DNA from: Desulfurococcaceae archaeon
Lineage (GTDB): Archaea > Thermoproteota > Thermoprotei_A > Sulfolobales > Desulfurococcaceae
Reading direction: 5' to 3'
Length of the DNA stretch: 64,000 nt
NCBI GenBank assembly: GCA_038889555.1
Contig: JAWAHD010000001.1
Location: 1,016-65,015, forward strand
Shown: in pieces, positions 16,781 to 25,500 of the stretch
Numbering within the stretch: the stretch's first letter is position 1
How the letters are laid out: the number at the start of each line of letters is the position of its first letter
Translations under genes and position numbers: made by a program
Notes under the pieces: model-generated
Databases searched by the model: none
Told to the model about the DNA's origin: nothing
Seen by the model: only the letters and a program-made list of their open reading frames with translations

Positions 16781-18709
16781 ATGAGAAAGTTGTGGCCTAA
16801 AACGGTGAAAATCTACTGGGATCCTTGGCGCAACATACCTGTAGTAAAGCCAAATCAGGAAGAACTAGACCTCTTTTATCAACTTAGATTAAGTGAACCG
16901 GGGGATGCAAGACCAGCTTTTCCAGGGGACCTAGAGAAAATAAAAGAAGCTATTGCACACGAGTTTGGAAGTACTAAGCTGTTCGATCACCTAGTGAAAG
17001 ACCGCATAGTTCTGCTCAATAAAGTTCCACACTGGGATCTTATGTACGAAGTTGTAGTTTCAGGAAACGTCATAGGACAACTCTACTACGATCCATACAA
17101 ATGTAAGTGGAGATTTAGGTTAACTTACCAGGGCGCTTACACAGCTGTACAAAACAACCTTGTTGACACCATAAGAGGTGATCCCCCCTACTACAGCGGT
17201 AAAGTAGTAAGGGAGGAGTATAGCTCAAGTGCTAGAGAGCTTGTGCTGATCGACCATAAAGGTACTATAAGAGGGGTGTGCGAAGTACTACCAAAAGGCG
17301 AGGTGGTGATCTCAAAAACCTTTCATGATAAAACAGCGCCTGTGGAAACCAGTGATAAACCAGCATCTGTGCAAGATTTAGTAAAGTACAATGAAGAAGG
17401 TATCTTAACTCTAGAAGAGAAATCGATCAAGTACTTGAGAAGACTCTTCAGTAGATACTCTAACCTTAGACCCGTAGTATCGTACTCCGGTGGAAAGGAT
17501 AGTCTCGTGGCACTGGATCTAGCTCATAGAGCATTCGGAGACCTCGACATTCTGTTCAATGATACCGGCTTGGAGATGCCTGAAACTCTACGCAACGTCG
17601 AATACGTGGCAAACTACTATGGTTATAAGCTATACGTAGCATCAGCCGGCGACATCTTCTGGAGAGCAGTAGATGTATTTGGTCCACCCGGTAAGGATTA
17701 CCGGTGGTGTTGTAAGGTAACTAAACTAGTACCTATTGCAAAGTTGACTAAAGCTGTATGGCCCAATGGGGGTTTCAACATAGTTGGTCAAAGAGCTTAC
17801 GAGTCGCTAGATAGAGCATCAAGTCCTCTCGTCTGGAGGAACAAATGGATACGGCACATGGTGAGTACAACGCCTATTCAGTACTGGAGTCAACTTTCAA
17901 CGTGGATCTACATATTTAAGTACAATCTCCCGTTTAACAAGCTCTACACATATGGATTCGACAGACTCGGATGTTTCATGTGCCCTTCATGTGCTTTAGC
18001 TGAATTTGAGGAAACCAAGAAGTTGTACCCAGATCTCTGGGGAAGATGGGAGCACGTGCTGAGAACCTGGAAAAATAGAATGACTATGCCCGAAGAGTGG
18101 ATAAAGCTTGGATTGTGGAGATGGCTTACACCCGCTACCGCGAAGAAAAGGTTGATGCATCATGTTCCAGCATACTCAATGGACTGGAGAAAGGAGTACA
18201 TACAAAGGCTTGAAAAGAGCAAGTCGAGCTTAATCCCCCTAGCTGTTGTGAAAGAAGGAGATAAGATCACAATACAGTTTAGCAAGAATCTTCTACCAGA
18301 GGATCAAGTAGGCGTGTTCATCGCCAATATGGGAAGTTTAGGTTTCATCGTTGTCAGCAAAGAGCCACTTGTGTTCGAGAAAGCGAACGCTAGGTACATG
18401 ATCAAGCACAACACCATTAATGTATCAAACTACAAAGATGAACTGTTCGAAGACCTTGTCGACGTCCTGAAGGTCATTTATAGAATGCATAATTGCGTAT
18501 ACTGTGGTAGTTGTGTACTATGGACTAGAAAAGGTAGTGTTGCATTAACACCAAAGGGACCTATAGTAAAGAATGATATGTCCGAAAGCGAGAAAAGAGT
18601 GTACATGGAAATATGCCCTATAAGCGATCAGCTCGTCGAGAAAGTGGTACTCTCTCTGTTACTTAATGATTACAGAGCGTTCAAGAGGAAGACTAGACGT
18701 AGGATATAG
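16781..18709 (+). CDS. PP-loop ATP pyrophosphatase / PAPS-reductase-family protein, multidomain (642 aa)
   Basis: PP-loop motif VVSYSGGKDSLVALDL. Cys motifs WCCKV, GCFMCPSC and a C-terminal CVYCGSC...CP (ferredoxin-like). An about 200-aa N-terminal extension. Confidence 0.7.
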   Translation: MRKLWPKTVKIYWDPWRNIPVVKPNQEELDLFYQLRLSEPGDARPAFPGDLEKIKEAIAHEFGSTKLFDHLVKDRIVLLNKVPHWDLMYEVVVSGNVIGQLYYDPYKCKWRFRLTYQGAYTAVQNNLVDTIRGDPPYYSGKVVREEYSSSARELVLIDHKGTIRGVCEVLPKGEVVISKTFHDKTAPVETSDKPASVQDLVKYNEEGILTLEEKSIKYLRRLFSRYSNLRPVVSYSGGKDSLVALDLAHRAFGDLDILFNDTGLEMPETLRNVEYVANYYGYKLYVASAGDIFWRAVDVFGPPGKDYRWCCKVTKLVPIAKLTKAVWPNGGFNIVGQRAYESLDRASSPLVWRNKWIRHMVSTTPIQYWSQLSTWIYIFKYNLPFNKLYTYGFDRLGCFMCPSCALAEFEETKKLYPDLWGRWEHVLRTWKNRMTMPEEWIKLGLWRWLTPATAKKRLMHHVPAYSMDWRKEYIQRLEKSKSSLIPLAVVKEGDKITIQFSKNLLPEDQVGVFIANMGSLGFIVVSKEPLVFEKANARYMIKHNTINVSNYKDELFEDLVDVLKVIYRMHNCVYCGSCVLWTRKGSVALTPKGPIVKNDMSESEKRVYMEICPISDQLVEKVVLSLLLNDYRAFKRKTRRRI

Positions 18710-18724
18710 CTGAAGAGCGCTATG

Positions 18725-21541
18725 CTACTCCTCTTCTTTGTCTGTAATATACTTCTTCACCATCAAGAACTTCTTCTCGCACTCAGCTACCTCAGATGCA
18801 AGGTCAGCTCCTTGCTGAACTCTATTTATAATTCTGATCAATTCCTGCGTACCAACACCTCTACCAGCAAACGCCAATAACGCTTTTTCACCATATCTGT
18901 AAAGAAGTACGGCTCTCTTAGCTAGATCCTCGTGTAGTCTACGCTCCTCAGAGTTGAGCTTTTTGCCTGATCTAAGCTTATTTACAACCTCCATTTCTTT
19001 TGTTAAATCACCTTTAACCATAGTTAACGTAGCTAAACCGCATTTAGGACACGAGTAATCAGATAAACCCATGAAGTCCTTTACAGCTCCTTCTTTATGG
19101 AACCCGCAATTAATGCATAACAAGGTTATTCTTCTCTTGAGCAGTCTCTCGTAGTAGCTCGAAGTATCGAATAGCGTTACATCAAGTAATTTTGGTATTT
19201 CTATGTAATTTAATTGAACAACATGGTGTTTGTCGAGTGTATCGTAAACTCTGAACTCCACTTTAACAATACTCCTTTTTATCTTATCAGTCAGCTCCTC
19301 GAAAGAATCTATATCGTAGTCTCTTGTTAAAACTTCTCTTAGAGCTTCTTTACCTATGATAGTGTTTACGTACGCTTCAACGAGCTTCCTACTGACCCTG
19401 GTCTCAGGGGTTATTGCTCCAAATCTTTGAGCCACCTGGTATATTCTCCAAAGACACGTAGTGCTCTCTACTGCGATTTTTTCTATAAAACTTCTATTTG
19501 TAAACTCATATAGCTTGGCAATTTTGTTGTAGATCATGCTTTTTGTGAATTCTATGGATACAGGATCTTCGAACTTGACTACTATAGTGTACGGAGTAGC
19601 GTGTACATAGAATTTAACCTGTGGATATGTGGACTTAATTATGTACTTTAGCAAGTCTTTAATCAGGTTATTGAGCCTGGATCCACCGTACAAATTGATT
19701 AGTACTAAACCAGGTCTTCGTACATAATCAACGTATATTACGTGGCTATCTCCAAGCTCAGCGGCTTGTTCACATTCGATGTTGCCATCTACAAGTTTTC
19801 TTAGGTGTTCGGGAGGGCTTCCGTTCTCTTTGATGTATTTCACGGCTTTTCCTACTTCATAAGCAATATGGTAATCCACAGGTATGTTCTCACCTTCCCA
19901 GTGTGGTATGATGGCTACCTCGGGATCAGCTTTGGCTGGTTCAACGTACAGCTTACCTTCTGCATCGTCATACCCTACAACTCTCCAGGGTTTACCAGCT
20001 AGTACCAGGAGGTCCCCTGGATTAAGGTAGAGTACTACGTATTCCTCGTCTAAGCTGCCAACTCTTTCTGCTTTATCAACAGAGACTACGTTTATTTCTC
20101 TACTAGACGGTATCATTGACACCTTATAGAGGTATAACTTGGTTTTCCTCGTAGGATAAAGCAGGTTTTTCTCTAGTTTTACCACCCGTGTATATGCTAA
20201 GTAGTTTATGGTCTCACTGTAGTCTTCTTTTGTTAAGTTGGAGTAGAGAGGATACTTCACCAGTTCTTCGTAAAGCATGTCAACGTCAACTCCATTTGGA
20301 CTTATGAAGGTGAAAAGTGCTATAGCGTATGCTAATACGTCGAGTGGAGTATTGGAAATAAGCTCATGCTCTAAGAAGCCCTCCTTGGCTTTCAGAGCTA
20401 TAATACTGGATTCAAGTAGATGGAGCAAGTTAGATGTTGATACTACTGCGCCTCTACTCACTTCTTCTATTCTATGACGACTTCTCCCGATTCTCTGAAC
20501 AAGCCTAACTACCTGTCGTGGAGACATGTACTGAACAACGTAGTTTACATGCCCTATGTCTATTCCAAGCTCTAAACTCGAAGTAGCAATTAAGGCGTTA
20601 AGCTTCCTATGCTTGAAGTCTAATTCTACTTTCTCTCTGTGAGCTTTTGAAAGGCTTCCGTGATGAACCTCCAAGCTAATATCTAAACCATGTTTTTCAG
20701 ATAAGCTTTTCATCAGAGCTCCTAACTTCTCGGCTAAACTCCTAGTGTTTGTAAAAACTAGTACATGCTTCTCATTTTCAATAGCCTTGAACAAAGTTTC
20801 CAATCGGGCGGCGAGTTGAAGGTCAGTAAGGTCTTTGTTCAAAGCCTTGCAGAACTCACTACTACACACCGGCACTACTACCTTAACATCCATGTTTCTA
20901 GTAGACGTATCCCTCAGCACTATAACGTTATTGTTGTACGGGTTGAGGAGTCTTTTCGCATATTCCTCGGCTTTGCTACTCAAAGTCGCTGTTAGGGCTA
21001 TCTTTGTAAGCTTTTTACCTAAGTATTTCTCGAGAAGGTAGATATTGGTGAGAAGAAGTAATCCACGTTTATTCTCAAGAAGATCCCTAAACTCGTCTAA
21101 CACAATGTACTCCAGATTTACTAGATGTTTCCTAGTTTCATCGTTAATCACTATGTAATTAAAGGTCTCAGGTGTGGTTACAAGTATGTGTGGAGGAGCT
21201 TGAGCTATTAGTTTTCTTACGTGTTGCGGCGTATCTCCGTGTCTTATAGCTACCTGTAGACCAAAGCACTTGCTTATTCTTTCAAGTCTACTCGCTATAT
21301 CCCTATTCAGAGCTCTCAACGGTGTAATGTACAGGACAGCTATGGGCTTGAGCTTTCTTAGAGATACCTTAAGCATTACAGGAAACATAGCAGCCTCCGT
21401 TTTACCGCTGCCGGTTGGTGCAACGATTATGAACGAGCCTGTGCTTTTGTAAATTTCGCGCACGCTTCTTCTCTGAATTTCCGTGAGGTTTCTGTAGCCG
21501 AGTTCTTTTAAGCAGACAGCTATTTTGTTAATATCCTCCAT
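18725..21541 (-). CDS. lhr: Lhr-type large superfamily-2 helicase
   Basis: 938 aa. Motif I APTGSGKTEAA, motif II VLDEFRDL, and RIGRSRH-type motif VI. A long C-terminal extension carries CINCG...CPKCG (zinc ribbon). Confidence 0.8.
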   Translation of the reverse strand: MEDINKIAVCLKELGYRNLTEIQRRSVREIYKSTGSFIIVAPTGSGKTEAAMFPVMLKVSLRKLKPIAVLYITPLRALNRDIASRLERISKCFGLQVAIRHGDTPQHVRKLIAQAPPHILVTTPETFNYIVINDETRKHLVNLEYIVLDEFRDLLENKRGLLLLTNIYLLEKYLGKKLTKIALTATLSSKAEEYAKRLLNPYNNNVIVLRDTSTRNMDVKVVVPVCSSEFCKALNKDLTDLQLAARLETLFKAIENEKHVLVFTNTRSLAEKLGALMKSLSEKHGLDISLEVHHGSLSKAHREKVELDFKHRKLNALIATSSLELGIDIGHVNYVVQYMSPRQVVRLVQRIGRSRHRIEEVSRGAVVSTSNLLHLLESSIIALKAKEGFLEHELISNTPLDVLAYAIALFTFISPNGVDVDMLYEELVKYPLYSNLTKEDYSETINYLAYTRVVKLEKNLLYPTRKTKLYLYKVSMIPSSREINVVSVDKAERVGSLDEEYVVLYLNPGDLLVLAGKPWRVVGYDDAEGKLYVEPAKADPEVAIIPHWEGENIPVDYHIAYEVGKAVKYIKENGSPPEHLRKLVDGNIECEQAAELGDSHVIYVDYVRRPGLVLINLYGGSRLNNLIKDLLKYIIKSTYPQVKFYVHATPYTIVVKFEDPVSIEFTKSMIYNKIAKLYEFTNRSFIEKIAVESTTCLWRIYQVAQRFGAITPETRVSRKLVEAYVNTIIGKEALREVLTRDYDIDSFEELTDKIKRSIVKVEFRVYDTLDKHHVVQLNYIEIPKLLDVTLFDTSSYYERLLKRRITLLCINCGFHKEGAVKDFMGLSDYSCPKCGLATLTMVKGDLTKEMEVVNKLRSGKKLNSEERRLHEDLAKRAVLLYRYGEKALLAFAGRGVGTQELIRIINRVQQGADLASEVAECEKKFLMVKKYITDKEEE

Positions 21542-21631
21542 ACACGTATGCCAAGATTAAAATCTCGTTAGGAATAGATATTATACACTGGGTTATATCA
21601 TCAAGTATAATCGGAGCACAAGGCACACTAT

Positions 21632-23539
21632 ATGAGCTTAAATAATGAAGTGAGAAAATACTTATTCGCTGTGTATGTGTTGTGGTTTTTTAACTGTATA
21701 CTGTACTTTCTGTCTTCTGGTCCACTGAAACCCACATTGACGCTTAGAGGTATAAGCTTATTCGATCTGCTAAGCTACACGAGGGTTCTAAACCAAGTGG
21801 TAGAGTTCGTAGGATATCTTATCGTATCCTTGATTCATATGACCGCGTCCATTTCAATAACCGGAAACATAGTATTAGCATTGATAAACCGCGCGCTTCT
21901 AATCGTTCAGCTATCTCTACTTGGTTTCGATCGTATAAGTTACGGTGTTTTAATTCGTGAGTTTGCAATACTGATGTTTGCTTTGTTTATACTGAGGGCA
22001 ATATCTCATGGTTCTATACCAAAACTTAGTACTATTGACCTGTTCGTTGGTTTGAAGAATCTAGTAATTAGTGTAGTTCGAGATAAAGAATGTAGAGTGA
22101 AGATTGATGCGGTCGCTTACATGCTTGCTCTACACAGTTTAGCATTATCTCTTCTCATACTATGGACGTTCTCAAACACAAGTGTACAGGATTTATACGC
22201 AATTGGAGGTGTACTGATGATCGTATTTGTGATAATACCTTTACTTCAAATAGGTCTTTTAACTGTGATCTCAAGAAGCGTGGAGAAATCGTCCTTAATT
22301 CTTCTAATGAGCGCTATTTCCGGCACAGGACTTCTAGGTACAATACCAATGCTGATGTCCATCGGTTGTATAGGTTCAACACGCTTACAACCAGCACACG
22401 CGAGATTCTCTAAGCTGAAAGCCACTGGCTTATACATGGGTACAGTGTTAGCAGAGCTTACAAGTAAAAAGATGCTGGAGAAGGAGGAGTGGTATTGGAG
22501 CAGTAAATCGTTCCCTCTTTACCTGGATCTCGACAAGCTTAACACACCGCACATCATAATCATAGGGTCGTCTGGAACCGGTAAAACAACGCTGGCCAAA
22601 CACATAGTTCAGGAAGCAAAGAGAAAGTACAATTACAACGTGATCATAATAGACTTGCACGGCGAATATCATGGTTTACAGGATAAGCTGGGGCTTAAGA
22701 TAATAGATGCCTCAAGCTGTGGCGTAAATCCACTTGCACTAGGAAATGCTTCACCAAAAGATAGAGCAATGCAGGTAGCGCACATAATATCCACGATGTT
22801 TGATCTTGGGCCACTTCAAAGGAGAATGATTGAAGAGGTGATAACGGAAGCTTACAACCTACGTGGTATAAATCAAAGAGATCCAACCACCTGGAGCAGA
22901 GATCCACCCACGCTCCAAGAGCTCGTAGAGGTTTGCAAGAGGCTTATCAAAGAGAATTTCGAGTACAGTCGTATCCTACCCTATTTGGAAATGCTAAGTG
23001 AAAGTCTGAGTACGGAGTGTTGGTTAAGCGTAGACAGCGTTCTCGAACACGACAGTCTTATAGATCTAAGCAGAGTAGCTAGCGATTTCGCGAAAACAAT
23101 CTTCATAGATACGTTAATGTATCTTCTACTGAACAGAATGTACACTATGGGTAAGAGAAAAATACAGTTGTTATTAGACGAGGCAAGAAGTTTGATGCCT
23201 AGAGCTGTAACTCGAGAGATCATCAGTAGGCTATTTGTGGAGAGCAGGAAATTTGGATTTTCACTAATCGTAATCTCGCAGGAGATAGGTAAAATACCTC
23301 GGGATTTCGTTAACAATGCCGGGGCACGCGTGTTCTTTCTACTAAATGATCCGAAAAGCGTTGAAGAAGCATCAAGAATACTCAGTGGAACAAGTCTTAG
23401 GGATAAAGTGTCTATAGTAGCAGAGGCGCTTAGAACTCTTAGGCAACATACTTTCTTAATTCACATTACAGGCTTAAACAAAGTGTATATTGTCAGCTCG
23501 CCTATTGGATCAGAAGAGCATAAAAATAAGTATGGCTAA
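21632..23539 (+). CDS. membrane-anchored HerA/FtsK/VirD4-type P-loop ATPase
   Basis: An N-terminal about 250 aa with about 6-8 predicted TM helices is fused to an ATPase. Walker A GSSGTGKTT followed by IIIDLHGEYHGL (HerA/DUF87-like), Walker B IQLLLDEARSL, and FSLIVISQEIGKIP. Confidence 0.65.
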   Translation: MSLNNEVRKYLFAVYVLWFFNCILYFLSSGPLKPTLTLRGISLFDLLSYTRVLNQVVEFVGYLIVSLIHMTASISITGNIVLALINRALLIVQLSLLGFDRISYGVLIREFAILMFALFILRAISHGSIPKLSTIDLFVGLKNLVISVVRDKECRVKIDAVAYMLALHSLALSLLILWTFSNTSVQDLYAIGGVLMIVFVIIPLLQIGLLTVISRSVEKSSLILLMSAISGTGLLGTIPMLMSIGCIGSTRLQPAHARFSKLKATGLYMGTVLAELTSKKMLEKEEWYWSSKSFPLYLDLDKLNTPHIIIIGSSGTGKTTLAKHIVQEAKRKYNYNVIIIDLHGEYHGLQDKLGLKIIDASSCGVNPLALGNASPKDRAMQVAHIISTMFDLGPLQRRMIEEVITEAYNLRGINQRDPTTWSRDPPTLQELVEVCKRLIKENFEYSRILPYLEMLSESLSTECWLSVDSVLEHDSLIDLSRVASDFAKTIFIDTLMYLLLNRMYTMGKRKIQLLLDEARSLMPRAVTREIISRLFVESRKFGFSLIVISQEIGKIPRDFVNNAGARVFFLLNDPKSVEEASRILSGTSLRDKVSIVAEALRTLRQHTFLIHITGLNKVYIVSSPIGSEEHKNKYG

Positions 23540-23586
23540 TTGTTGAACCATTAGTAGATACTGTTTATTAAGAAATTCCAGACTAT

Positions 23587-23901
23587 GTGTTTAAGGTGTC
23601 TTCGATGCTTTTCTACGAGGAAGAGTATAGGAGCGAGGTTGAGGAAGCTAGTGGAGAAAAGGAAGAAACGGTCATAGAAGAAGAGGAAGGAGAACTAGTG
23701 GTTGAGCAGTTGAAATTGCTAGTAAAAGTGTCCAGAACATGGCAACAAGTACTCCAGGGTCGAGAATCCGTGGATGCTTTAAAATCTCTATACAAACCGG
23801 CGACGAAGACTGTTCGCGTGTCAACTACAGCTGAAAGAAAAGCTGAAACTACCAGGAAGAAGCCCCAGTCTAAATCCCGAAGAAGGTCTAAGCCAAGTTA
23901 G
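23587..23901 (+). CDS. small acidic-N/basic-C protein, possible RNA polymerase subunit Rpo13
   Basis: About 100 aa. Acidic N-terminus (EEEYRSEVEEASGEKEETVIEEEEGE), a central helical segment (LKLLVKVSRTWQQVLQGRESVDALKSLYK), and a basic tail (RKKPQSKSRRRSKPS). This organisation and size match my recollection of Sulfolobus Rpo13. Confidence 0.4.
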   Translation: MFKVSSMLFYEEEYRSEVEEASGEKEETVIEEEEGELVVEQLKLLVKVSRTWQQVLQGRESVDALKSLYKPATKTVRVSTTAERKAETTRKKPQSKSRRRSKPS

Positions 23902-24278
23902 AACTCCTTGTACTCGAACAGTACTTCGGAATAGCCAATCTCGTTAAGTGCTTTTACTAAAAGCTCCCTCGGCACTTTTTTATCAAATACGAACTCGACT
24001 ATTTTACTATCTCCGTTTTTTATCAATTTAATCTTCTGCACAACAGTTCTTCCACGGATCGATTCAGCGATGTCCTTAGGAACAACTAAATAGCTTTCGT
24101 ATCTTCTTTTTGCTATACCGTAGTACTCGTCGAAGTTTTCAATTATTCTCTTCGCTTCTTCGAGGTCTTTTGTAATACCGTGTATTGATATTATGGACTC
24201 AACGAGCTTTACTGCGAGATGTTGTTCAAGTTTTACATGAAAGCACTTTGCTAGGTCCACCTCTACTGTAATCTTCAT
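23898..24278 (-). CDS. hypothetical protein (126 aa)
   Basis: Clean ORF with an ATG start, convergent with the preceding gene. No motif recognised. Confidence 0.5.
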   Translation of the reverse strand: MKITVEVDLAKCFHVKLEQHLAVKLVESIISIHGITKDLEEAKRIIENFDEYYGIAKRRYESYLVVPKDIAESIRGRTVVQKIKLIKNGDSKIVEFVFDKKVPRELLVKALNEIGYSEVLFEYKEF

Positions 24279-24334
24279 ATTAAGACCCTTCCAACTTATA
24301 TAACAGAAGTTTTGTATGCCTATATTAAGGGGGT

Positions 24335-25090
24335 ATGGTGTTTAAAGTTCAGTACCCTAATGCAAGCAAGTTAAAGCAGGTAGTTCAAGCACTAGCTAAG
24401 ATCAGCGACGAACTTCAACTACAGGTAACTCTTGAGGCATTTAACTTAATGGTTTTATCCCCAGATAAAACCATGATGGCTGTATTAACTCTACCTAACC
24501 TTGTATTCGAAGAGTACAGCGTTGAAGAAGAAACAACAATATTAGTGCCTGCAATAGAACTTAAAAGAGTCATTAGAAGAGCTACAAGAAACGACATAAT
24601 GCAGATATCCGTGAACAAAGAGACGAACGAGCTAATTATAGTTCTCCGCGATAGAAAGAGCGGGCTTGAAAGAGAACTCGCGGTACCAATAATCCCTAGG
24701 CCTCCGGAGCCTGTTCCTGAACTAGAGCTAGAGCTCTCCGTAACATTTGCGATGCTGAGTCAAGATCTAAAGAACATTGTGGGAGACTTAAAACTTGTAG
24801 GCGAAGAAGCGACCTTTATCTACGAACCTGGGAAAATAGTCATTAAGTCAACGGAGCAGCGCAAAGAGTACACGTGCGAGCTCCGAGAAGGAAACCCGCT
24901 CACAATTCTATCCTCGGCTGTGGAGAGAGCGCAATCTACTTATGGTACTGACGTGCTAGTGACGATCGCAAAAGTAGCTAGCGTGTCGAAGCAGGTGATA
25001 GTATCGTTCGATACTGGTAAACCCATGAAGGTAGAATACGAGCTTGCAGGTGGAGGCAGACTCGTGTACTGGATTGTACCACGCGTGTAG
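24335..25090 (+). CDS. pcn: DNA polymerase sliding clamp (PCNA)
   Basis: 251 aa. N-terminus FKVQYPNASKLKQVVQALAKISDELQLQVTLEAFNLMVLSPDKTMMAVLTLP and a two-domain repeat layout typical of archaeal PCNA. Confidence 0.85.
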   Translation: MVFKVQYPNASKLKQVVQALAKISDELQLQVTLEAFNLMVLSPDKTMMAVLTLPNLVFEEYSVEEETTILVPAIELKRVIRRATRNDIMQISVNKETNELIIVLRDRKSGLERELAVPIIPRPPEPVPELELELSVTFAMLSQDLKNIVGDLKLVGEEATFIYEPGKIVIKSTEQRKEYTCELREGNPLTILSSAVERAQSTYGTDVLVTIAKVASVSKQVIVSFDTGKPMKVEYELAGGGRLVYWIVPRV

Positions 25091-25092
25091 TA

Positions 25093-25392
25093 CTACTTGG
25101 TTTCCGAGCGAAGACTTTTTCCTTCAAGTAGAGATGTTAACTCCTCCATTAACTTTTCTCTCTCTTCTAAGCTCATACCCTTAATGCGCTGAGTAGGAGA
25201 TTTAAGTTGTGATTTGAAGCTCCATGCAGGGTTTTTGCAAGTTGTCATCCAGTATGGACATGCAACGCAACAGTGCGGATCAACGGCGAGTTCAGGAAAC
25301 AGTGAGCACGTCTTTGTAGGGTTGTGCAATCCACACAAGTCGCATCTATCCCAGTATATCGTCAAGCTATTCACCGCTATACAATAAACCAA
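25093..25392 (-). CDS. Cys-rich small protein (99 aa), function unknown
   Basis: 8 Cys within about 45 aa (CDLCG...C...CCVACPYWMTTC), followed by a charged helical tail. Confidence 0.45.
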   Translation of the reverse strand: MVYCIAVNSLTIYWDRCDLCGLHNPTKTCSLFPELAVDPHCCVACPYWMTTCKNPAWSFKSQLKSPTQRIKGMSLEEREKLMEELTSLLEGKSLRSETK

Positions 25393-25500
25393 TAGTAGGC
25401 TTTTAAGAGCTTTTTAGCTGTTAACGTATATGATAAACGTATGGACAGTATATACACGTATATATACCTCAGACATCATATTGTAATGTGCAGGTACTAG

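Noticed and set aside
13247-23539. The ATPase/membrane-protein region as an integrated conjugative plasmid or other mobile element.
   Set aside because: No integrase, partition or replication genes, no flanking repeats or tRNA. The region is bounded by the ribosomal superoperon and by Rpo13-like and PCNA core genes. A chromosomal Ced-type system fits better.
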